Origin: Hyaloraphidium curvatum SAG 235-1
Taxonomy: Eukaryota > Fungi > Monoblepharomycota
DNA length: 64,000 nt
Direction of reading: 5' to 3'
Assembly: GCA_025558095.1 (NCBI GenBank)
Contig: JAIVFI010000028.1
Span: 372,001 to 436,000, forward strand
This document shows positions 36,190 through 46,100 of the stretch, piece by piece. Within the stretch, counting starts at the first letter, position 1. Each line of letters opens with the position of its first letter. A model generated the notes under the pieces. That model did not search any database and was not told where the DNA came from. It saw only the letters and a program-made list of their open reading frames with translations. Made by a program: the position numbers and the translations under genes.

Positions 36190-36469
36190 GATTCTGGACG
36201 TGAAAAAGAGCGGACTGTTCACAGCACCTGCTGACCTTTTGCTCCATCCAACCTTTGTGGATAACCCTGCGTTGCGCGCCGAGTTTCCAAGGGCTGGTCT
36301 CACTTCATTGCGGATCATCATCTGCAAACCCGCGAAGCCAAAGGTGCGCAAAAACAATGATCATTGATCTTTCCTTTCGTGGAAATGCATCCAACGAAGC
36401 ATGTGTGTGTGCACTGTGCCTCTTATTGGACACATACAGAGTAGCATGCAAGAATTGCTACTGCAGAAA

Positions 36470-36800
36470 ACTGGTGTAACACACAGCAGCCAAGCCAGGG
36501 GCAGGTCTGGGTCACCAATACTTTGCTACTCCAGTAAAACAGGTGACACAAAATGGCAAAAGGCACTGTGCAGCAAGAAGCTTGCTTCTTGCCCCATGCA
36601 CTCATTTTTGTGCAGCATCACCAGCAGTGTCTGGCCCCAGTCATCCATCTTGACGCCATTGAGCACGTCGTTGAGGAGGTTGACAACAGCTTGCTTCAGT
36701 ACTGCAGTCCCGTACTTGACGAACTCGAGCCGGATCCCATCCTCCTCCTTTGCCTTGCCGTTGGGGGCCTTCTTCAAGACCCTCTCCAGCTCCTTGAGGA
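36470..36800. mobile_element. Small LINE scraps: + strand 3' end (36470-36527) and - strand copy of 33620-33815 (36595-36800)
   Basis: Direct sequence identity to other copies in the window. Confidence 0.8.
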
Positions 36801-36847
36801 GGGGGGTGGGACATTGTTGTCTGGCCACGGCTCTATCATCTGTCCGA

Positions 36848-38113
36848 ATGACTCCTTCGGATTCGGGAATGATCGAAGCCTATACTGGTGTACCACTTCA
36901 CTTCCCGTTCTTGTCGGTAGGGATCCATTCAAGGCGCAGAGACACGCCGTGCTGGATGAGGCAGCGCACCACACACTTCCCGAAGGAACGCCGACGTCTT
37001 AGACAAGGGAACCACAATCTCATCGCCCTTTCAACTGCACACGTAGCCGCGACGCTGCCAGTTCAAACGCTTGCCAATGCCCGGAGAACCCCTGCGCGCC
37101 GCAGTGCGGAGGTGGAAAGCGGCGGCGCCGCCGGGACGCCCTATGCGTACGACTTCGCCCCCGCGTTGGAAGTCTTAGCGTCACAAAGGCGCGAATACGA
37201 GGAAAGGTTGAAGAAGCTGTCGCCGCTTGGCTTTGGTTCGGGCAGAGGAGCGCCGAACGTGGCAACGCCGTGGAGATCTGGCGGGGACACAGTTCGGCAG
37301 AGGCCATCGGTCTCGGGACGCGTTCTATGGCACCCGGACACGCCCGGGACCTTCAGTGGCAGCAAAGCGGACAAGTACCATGTCACGTTTGCCGCTTCCC
37401 CCTCTTCTTCGTCGCGCGGTGCGGGCAACGAATCCGCGGGGTCGCCGGCGCTGCACGTCTTCATTGACAACTCGAACATTTTCTACGGCCTTCTTCATGC
37501 TTTGCGTGAACGATACGGTTCCGCAGCGCCCCAGGCGCGGCTTGAGTACCACAACCTCGTGGGCCTGGTTTCCCGCGGCCGACCCGTCGAGAAGTGCTGT
37601 GTCGTTGCTTCGGAAGGAATCGGCCAATCGGGGAAGGTGCGCAAGATTTTTGAGCGAATGGGATTCAGTGCCCAGGGTGGCGGAGCGCGGGGTTTTCAGG
37701 CGATCGTCTTGCGGCGCGTGCCTGTATTGCAGACCTCGGCGCCTGCTGTGCTATCCAAGACGCCGCGGAACGACTTTCTCCAGCTCCGGGTGCAGGAGCA
37801 GAGCGTCGACGAGGCTCTTCAGCACGCGGTCGGCCTGAGCTTGCTTGATTACGGGCCTTCGACGCTCTGTCTCGTGACGGGAGACGGCGGACCGTCTTAC
37901 ATGGGGGCCGAGGGGTTTCCGGGCATGGTAAAGAGAGCTCTAGCGAAGGGCTGGACGGTCGAGGTCGTGTCGTGGTCCCACAGCCTGAGCGCCAACTTCT
38001 TGGCCAGGTTCGGACACCACGAGCGGTTCTCCGTCGTGCTTCTGGACGCGCACTTGGATGAGATATGCTTCATGGCAAAAGACAGGAACGCTTCCTCCGA
38101 TGACGAGGTGTAA
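36848..38113 (+). CDS. NYN (LabA/DUF88 PIN-like) domain protein, intronless; start uncertain
   Basis: HVFIDNSNI, EQSVDEAL, LVTGDG...GF, GWTVEVVSW. The upstream part of the 36401 ORF is LINE antisense. Confidence 0.8.
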   Translation: MTPSDSGMIEAYTGVPLHFPFLSVGIHSRRRDTPCWMRQRTTHFPKERRRLRQGNHNLIALSTAHVAATLPVQTLANARRTPARRSAEVESGGAAGTPYAYDFAPALEVLASQRREYEERLKKLSPLGFGSGRGAPNVATPWRSGGDTVRQRPSVSGRVLWHPDTPGTFSGSKADKYHVTFAASPSSSSRGAGNESAGSPALHVFIDNSNIFYGLLHALRERYGSAAPQARLEYHNLVGLVSRGRPVEKCCVVASEGIGQSGKVRKIFERMGFSAQGGGARGFQAIVLRRVPVLQTSAPAVLSKTPRNDFLQLRVQEQSVDEALQHAVGLSLLDYGPSTLCLVTGDGGPSYMGAEGFPGMVKRALAKGWTVEVVSWSHSLSANFLARFGHHERFSVVLLDAHLDEICFMAKDRNASSDDEV

Positions 38114-38200
38114 TTCTGGTTGCCGACAAATACAGGCAAATACCTCGACTTCAGGCAATAATGCTGGTGGTCACTGGTCACGGGCCTGCGACTGCTGCCG

Positions 38201-39857
38201 CTAGGCAAACTTCCACGCGTCCTCGATGCCGCGCCCAAAGTCCCAAACCATGATCTTTCGATCCTGCAGCCGACCAGTCAGATGTCGGACCATGGGTTTG
38301 CCCGTCCCCAACCCACCTGGCTAGCGCTCACGATCCTCCTCGGGCTCATCTGGACGTGAAACACCCAGCTCGAATGCGCCTCCCGGAGATCCAGCATCGG
38401 CCGCGTTTCCTGCCCCGCGGCGCGCAGGTCCCAGACCTTGATCGCCTGGTCGTACGATCCGCTGACGATGCGCTCGTTGTCGAACGCCAGGGTCCGCACG
38501 AGCTCCGTGTGTCCCTGGGGTCCGTCCAGCGTGCGCGCACACGTGCCCGTCCGCGCGTCCCAGACCTTGACGCTCTTGTCGTTGGACCCGGAGACGATCA
38601 GGCGGCCGTCGAACTGGACGCAGGCGAGGCCCCGGCTGTGCCCGACAAAGTCGCGGATGCAGCCGCCGGTGTTGAGGTCCCACAGCTTGACGGTGCAGTC
38701 ACCCGAAGCGCTCGCGACGAGGTTCCGGTAGAGGTACACGGCGTTGACGGCCGCATGGTGGCCCTCGAGCGTCCGCCGCACCGTGCCCACCGCCTCGGGT
38801 TCGGAAGTGTCCAGGTTCCAGACCTTGATCGTGCAGTCCTTGGAGCAAGAGACGATGGACCTCTCGTCGAAGCGCACGTCCAGGACCGGGCTCGCGTGGC
38901 CGCGCAGGATGCTGATCCGCTCCCCGGTCGCAAAGTCCCACAGCATCATGGAGCTGTCCGACGATCCAGACACCACAAGGCCGTCCGAGTGCCGCATCCC
39001 GTCGTCGTCGGGCGCGAAGAAGGGCACGGCGATCTGGTTGCTGTACTGGAGGCAGAGCACCGAGCCGTCGTGGCCCCGCATGGTGCGGAAGTTGCGGCCG
39101 CTGCGCATGTCCCACCACTTGATGGTCCGGTCCCGCGAGCCCGAGACGATCGTGTCGTTGTCAAACTGCACGCAGTAGACCGAATCCGTGTGCCCCTCCA
39201 CCTTGCGCTGCTCGAACGAGGCATCCGTCCAGTTCCTGTTGAGCGCGAGCCGGTTCCGGAACAGGGAGCTGTAGTCCTGCGGCTGGCTGCGCTCCGAAGC
39301 GACGAGGCCCCGCGGGATCGGCGAGGGATCCACGAGCGGGAGCGGGGGGAAGGACGGCAGGGCGGGGGCGACGGGGCACGGCTTGACCCAGCGCTCGACA
39401 AAGAGCACCCTCCAGATTTCGTTGTCCCGCGTCATGGCGTACCAGCTGCGGCACACCATGGACGCCCTGGCCACGTCCTGCACGGTCGGCAGGAACGTGA
39501 GCACGTGGATGGCCAGCTCGTAGGGCAGCGCCGTCAGGAAATCTGGCAAAGGCAATTTTTAAGACTGCTGCGACTCCACTCGAGTGGCGGCGACGTACCC
39601 ATGGTGTAGTCGGCGTCCTCGAACTCGAATGCCGAGTCCGTGGGGCTGTCGGCCCTGCGCTGCCTCTGCAGCGATCCCACGGGGACCGGGCCGGCCGAAG
39701 ACGGGCCCGCGACCGGCGACGGCGGCAGCGGCGAGCCGGGGCCGGCCGGGGGGTCGATGTCCATTGGAGCAGAGCCCGCGGGGCTTGCGGGCGCGGCGGC
39801 GGCGGCGGTGGCGGCGACCAGGTAGTCGAGCGGGGCGGCGGGGTCGCGCGACCGCAT
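38201..39857 (-). CDS. F-box/WD40 protein, beta-TrCP/FWD-1/Pof11-like
   Basis: F-box LPYELAIHVLTFL...VCRSW...IWR; seven WD40 repeats (GHTDSVYCVQFD...SGSRDRTIKWWD; GHSRGLACVQF); last exon DRKIMVWDF. Confidence 0.92.
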
Positions 39858-40128
39858 GCGCGTGTTGTAGCGGTGGCCGAGCGCGGGCTGGCCGGCGACG
39901 ATCGCCGGCGGCGTCGACGCGCGCGGGGGGCCGCCGGCGCTGTTGCTGCGGCGGAGCCACCTGCGGGGAGTCAGCCGCGGCGCACGCAGGGCTCGGCTCC
40001 CGCACCGCTTGATGCTCTGCATGGCGGACGGCGATGGGCGGCGCAGGGGTCGAGGGACGCTCGGGCCACCCCACGTCAGGGCAGTCGGTCAGGCAAGGGG
40101 TTGCGGGTACCGGCCGGGTGGGGCGCTA

Positions 40129-43100
40129 GTTTCACACACAGGTCCCGAGCTTGCCGGAGTCGCCGCGTGCGAATTTGCAACCGCTAGAGCACAGTCTCCA
40201 TCGCAAAAGGCGCGTGGTGCCTCCTGCGTCGCATCGGGGAACGGCACGGCCAAAACATGCTTCTGAGCGGGCCAGAAACCGCGGTTCGGCTCAAGCAGAC
40301 CGGCAAGCTTGGCCCGGACGAGATTGCTGCTGTACTCGCAATTCACCGAACGACGTATTTCCGTTGGATCCGCCGATGTGGGGCTCAGACCGTTCCGGAC
40401 CATCCCCGCAAGGCCTTCCGCAAGGTGTCCGAGGAAATGGTCCGGCACGTAGTTGACGAGGCCAAAGCTCGCGTCCGCGTGACGCAAAGGGAGCTCGCTG
40501 CTGACCTGGCGGAAAAGTTTGGCGTTTTGGTGTCGCAGCAGCATATCTCGCGGCTGCTGAAGGCCAACAGGGTCACGAGGAAGAAGCTCACCATTAAGAG
40601 CGCCGAAGCCCTGAAACAACCCGAGCGGCACCGCATGTTCCACGAGAGGGTCACTTCCTTTGATTTGGGGCGCCTAGGTGCCTTGGACGAGTCCTCATTC
40701 CAACTCAACGATCCGGGGCGCTTCGGCTACTCGGAGAAGGGGACTCCCGCCGTCGTATACCTGCCAGGGAACCGGGGCCCCAAGGTGACCCTTTGCCTCG
40801 CCATCTCACCCACTTCGCGACCCGGTAATCACACTGGAAACGTGATCTCGTACCAGATCTACAGCGGCAACATGAACACCGAGAGGTTCTGTGCTTTTCT
40901 CAAGACTATTCGCGCCGGGGCTTGTGGGTCCGAGTCCCTGGGCGTTATCCTGGACAATGCGGGTTTCCACGGCTCTCCTCTGCGGGCAAGGAAGACCACG
41001 GACGGCACGGCAATAATAAAGAACCTCTCGGGCAAGTCGTTCCTTGCGGTCCAGGCCGTAGCAAAGGCCAACAATCTGAGCCTCATCTACCTGCGACCGA
41101 GATCGCCGGAATTTAACCCGACCGAGTACGTGTTTGCCACGATCAAGAACCTCGTGAGGCGGGACTGCCCCAGGACGGTGCCGGATCTCGTCCGGTCCAT
41201 CGAGAGGGCCATTCAAATCGTCGGCCACGGCGATCTGATGGCGACGTTCCGGCACTGCTTGAAGCTAAGCGAGGCTGAGTTTGTGCGCATCGCGGAATCC
41301 GCGTCCGCCGGCAAATGTGTGGCGCGGAAGGTCACACTACAAGGTCAGATCTCTGCCTTTGCTTCTCCGGCTCCTCAGACGTGCCCTTCCGCGATGGAGG
41401 GCGCAGCAGCGACCCAGACCGAAGCAAACGCGGCCGAGCGGCTCGCTGAAGAGGTGGACTGCCATGACGGTTGCGCATCGGGCATGCAGACCGCGCTGAC
41501 TCACGACAACGCCCACTCCGAGCAGGCTCGCAACCTCGGCGTCGCCCACATCAACCCGCACCAAAAGCACACTTTGCTGACCCTGAGGGAAGTTCTCCAC
41601 GTCGATGGTTCGGCGAGGGAATTCTTTGGGCCGTGGAACGACTTCACGGACTCCGCTCAAAGGACCGCGGGCTTCGACGCTGCGGACGTCCTCGGGGGCC
41701 TCTCCAACCTCGGTGAAGCTCCTTTTGAGTTCATCTGTCAGCGGGTGGCATCGGGTCGGGGGTACAAGCTGGAGCGCGAGCTTTTCGTCGCGCGCCTCCG
41801 GAACATCGTCGCCCGGCGGCGCCGGGTCGCCCCCAGTCTGATCGGACCAGACGCACCGGCACCTCCCTTTTTCCGCCCCGCGGACGATGGCGCGGATCTG
41901 GGACCGCCGTCAGCCCCCGACGTCTCCATCTCCCAGCTGGATAACCTCGCCCGCTATGCCGACGTCCCACCGGAACTTAACGTCTCGTTCAAGAAAGCCA
42001 GCCGCGCCGCGTTGAAACAGCTGTTTCCGCTCTCAGCCCTTGCAAACGACACCGTGCTGGACGAGAGGTTCGCCATCCTCCTATCGGGCCTTGTACGAAA
42101 CGGTCGTGGACCAGAATGGCTACGTGCGCTCGCTGTTTCTCTCTGGGGACAGCTCGGCCCGGCCGGGAGGGCACGCATGGACAGCTTCGAAACATCCGAG
42201 ACAGCACGTCGTGCTCTGCATTATGTTCACCAGCCCATTTCGAAGGTCTGTCGGTTGGAGTACCTCGAACGCGCGGCTTCGACCGAGTCTTTGCCAAGGA
42301 ACCTTAGGCAGATACTGGAGGAAGCGTGCCGCACGCTGAAGGACCAGCAGGGCCGCTCGCTTTTTGATGCGTCGCCCGGCCTGGAGTACTTCCTTGCTTC
42401 GCTCTCCCTCCCGCAGCGATGCAAGATAGTCATGGCGGCGCGTTTGCCGGATAGTGTGGCGAGTCGCAATGCGGAAGGGCGCAAGAGATTCTTCGATTGG
42501 GCGGTGTGGAACCCGATGGCGGCCAACGAGGAGGCCCTCGCCATCGAGAATCCGGGTTCCGTTCCCGTGCTGGTGTGCAATCTCCTGTCGAGCAGCCCCG
42601 CAATCCCAAACTGATTTTTGCCCCGGCAGCTGCTTTCGTTCCCGGGCCTTTTCCAGATGAGCCCGGGCGTACCTGGACTGGATGCAGAGGGCGATAAGCT
42701 GCTGGCAACCCTGTTCCTGAAGGCGGAGCAGCTCGGGTGGGAACACTCTTCCATGGTGACGCTGCGGCTGCTGGAGTCGGGGCCCAAGATGCGCGATTTT
42801 ACCCTGGACTTGTGCGGTATGCCCGCGCTGGTGCGCGGTAGCAACCCCGAAGCACGGCAGGAGGCCGCGCGCACCGCGCTCGACGCCAAGCTCCACTTCC
42901 TCGCGGAATCCGTTGGACTGCTGGACTTCGGCCGTATCCAGAAGCGGGATTGTCCGCTCTGTTCCTTCAGTGTGCAGGTGGAAGGCGAAGTCCCGGCGAA
43001 GGCTGGGCGGCGGCGCAAGGTCGCGGCGTCGGGGATGGTGGCTGACGGAGCTGCGCGGGAGCGTGTCTATGACGCCGAGCTTCGGCTCCTCCACCACGTC

Positions 43101-46100
43101 AAGGGTGCGCACCTCACCTGCAGAGCGTGCCCGGGGAAGGGACATCAGTTCGACCTCGAGAGTGAGTTCCGGCAGCATGTCGAGGAGAACCACCGTGGGG
43201 CGTGAGTTGCACCGCGCTTTCCATGCATGCCTGGGACCGATGCGAAGCTGACCGCCGCCGCGGACAGTTTGGTCGCCCCAAGGAATCTCACCACGTCGTT
43301 CGGCCAGTTCATTGCCAACGCACACTACATTGTCCCGTTCGCGTCGACAAACCTCAAAGCCAACATTCCTACGGGCCTCGGCGGCTCGTCCTGCCCTTTC
43401 TGTTTCGCCGGTGGCGGGAGGCACCGGCAGGAGTGCTCTCCGAAGCGGCGGTGGGTCGCGCTCAACGGCTTCCTCGCACTTGGCGACCCCCAGCACGAGC
43501 GATACAAGACGATGACGGAGCTGGCCGTCGAGTGGTTCCCGGCGGCCGAGGTGTGCCACCCATGGGCGCGGGGCCCGTACGAGCAAGTCGGGCCCCTCAT
43601 CACCAAGGCCTGCACCCTCGCCGCCATCTTGTTCAAGATCATCTGGACCAAGATCTTGTTGCAGATCCACAACAAAGAGCTCCCGGACCAAGACGGATCC
43701 GTCACGCAGGACATGCTCGCCAGCTTTCCCCCGTCTTACGTCGCAAAGATTGCCATCCACGCCGTGCTTGGTGCCGGCCAGATGTCCGCCGCTGTTGGAA
43801 CCCGCCGCGCGGGAAAGCAGAAGTCGGCCGGGCTCGGTGCTGGGGCGAGATACTCGGGCCATTCGTGTGCGCCAGGAGTGGAGCAGCTTGTGGACGGCGG
43901 TCCGGACCTCGGAGCCAACGACGACGATCGAGACGAGGTGCTCGAGGACGTTGACTTCGAGGACGATGACGACGCGATGGCCGAGGACCAGGCCGGCGCC
44001 AAGATCTTGGCCGACTTCTTGCACGGCGAGCTGGATCAGATTGAGGACGAGGACTTGGTTACGGCTGAGGACACCCCCGATCTCTCGCAGGTTGCTGATC
44101 AGGGCGCACCGTCCGTTCTCACCGTCGCGGAGCACAACGCAGCGGCAAAGCTTGTCCGCAAGGCGGCCGTTGCTGCGTTTGCAGAGGCGCGGGAACTTGT
44201 GGGCGAGACGTACGAAAAGCTCAGGCCGCTTTTCGTGCAGGGACCTTTGCTCCGCTATGCCGAGCAGGTCGCTTTCAACCGAGCTCGAAGCGTGCCGCAG
44301 CGGCTGCTGACTGCGCTCAAGGTTCTCATCCGTCGCTTCCTACGCGGGGAGGTGAACGCGGGCGTCGGCCGGAGGCGGATTGGCCCAATCCTCAGCTACG
44401 CTCTGGCAAAGCTCGGATATGGGGACGACGACTTCTCCAATTTCCCGTTCGAAAGCGCATTTGGCTGTGGTCTTGCCGAGGCCACGGAGCTCAGGGTCGG
44501 GCTGGGGAGGCTTTTCCGGCCGTTCAGAGGCTTGCAGCTGAACCGGATCGTTGACCTCCGGGATTCAAAACAGAAGCCGCCGGTGCCGGCAACCGTTTCG
44601 CAGCGGAGGGTTATCGCTCGGGTCCTGCAGGACAAGCAGGCGGGCAACCCCGTGGCGGCCGCGGTGCGAACCGTGAACCTGCCGAAGGGCAAGCCGCGCG
44701 GAAAGGTCGACGCGGAAACGGAGGCGGTGCGCAGCTACCTCCAGAACATTTGGGAGACGCTGCCGCGGGCCTCACCTGCGGAGAAGGCTGACTTGCGAAA
44801 GGTGGAGCTGCAGGAGCTGAGGGACTGGGTGGTTGCAAACCGTCTACAGCTTCGGAGCATCCCCTTCCGCTACCCGGCCGTGACCACGGCAACGATTCGG
44901 TCGACAGAGCAGAAACCCAAGTTCTGGGTCCCCGAGCACGCCGAGGACATGAACGAGGCGGCGGCGGCGGCATTGGTGGGGCAGAACCGGCCCCACTGGG
45001 AAAGCGAGAAGCTTCTGGTGGCGCGGATGAGCGAGTATGACCTCGACAAGTGTCGTTCATCCACGAACCCCGCGGACGAAGCCTTCGGCTTCCAGATGTG
45101 CTTCATCGCCCTGCACGAGCTCGAAAAGCAGGACGAGGCGCTGAAGAAGAGGGCCGCGTCCGCGGCTGCTGCACTGCCGGGACCTGGAACGGCGCGGAGG
45201 ACGAGCACCGCCAGGGACCCCGATTCAACCCCAACTTTCCCAACCATTTCAACTGCTCCGGTCAAGGACAGGGAGGCTTCGAACAAGACCAGGAGGGCCC
45301 GCAACACGTGGCGGCCGCACCGCGTCGAGAAGCGGCATTACAGCAAGAATGGCTCCCCGAAGCGATGGCACGGGTTCGTCGTGAGCTTCCGTAAGCGCCG
45401 ACCGCAGCCGGGGCCCGAGGGACTCGCCAAGAAGGAGACCATGGAGACGAAGCGGCGGGAGCGCAAGGCGGCCGCCGCCGCCGCGATGGCGGGGCTTGGC
45501 GCCGCCCAGACCGGCAAGGAAAAGGCAGCCTCGTGGGCGCGGCGGAAGCTTCGGGCTGCGGTCGCCGAAATCAGCTTGTCCCCCGTGACCGTCTACATCT
45601 CGGCCTCGGATCTGCCCGAGTTTTTGTCCAAGCTGGGCGTGGAGGTCGCGCCTGGCATCGACACCTCGCGCGTTGACTCGGACTACCTATTCGGCCACCT
45701 GCTCAACGGCGGCAACCAACTCGTCAACGAGGACCGGCTCTTCCGCCTCCGTCAGCAGGGCAAAGTCTCGGCAAGGGGCCATGCCGCCGCCACGCAGCCC
45801 ATCTATCGTCGCACCGCGGACGTTCTGAGGTACTCCGGCGTCCGGGGCATCTATCATTGCGGCAGCACCCTGGGCATTCTTAACGAAGAAGTCTCCTTCG
45901 TGGAAAAGGTCTCGTTCCAGCAGTCGCAGCAGCAGGAGCGGCAAAACACGACACAGGACGTCGAGCCGCCAAAGCGCGCAGCGCATTCGCCAGCAGCCGC
46001 GCCGGCTCCTCCTGTTCAAACTCGGCCCACCGTCTCCGTTCCCGCCGCAGCTCATGTGCCCGCCGGTCTTGCTGCTTTCGAAGTGGATGTTTCGTTCCCT

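Noticed and set aside
36401-36847. Apparent N-terminal extension of the NYN protein
   Set aside because: It is LINE-derived sequence, mostly read antisense; not a real fusion.
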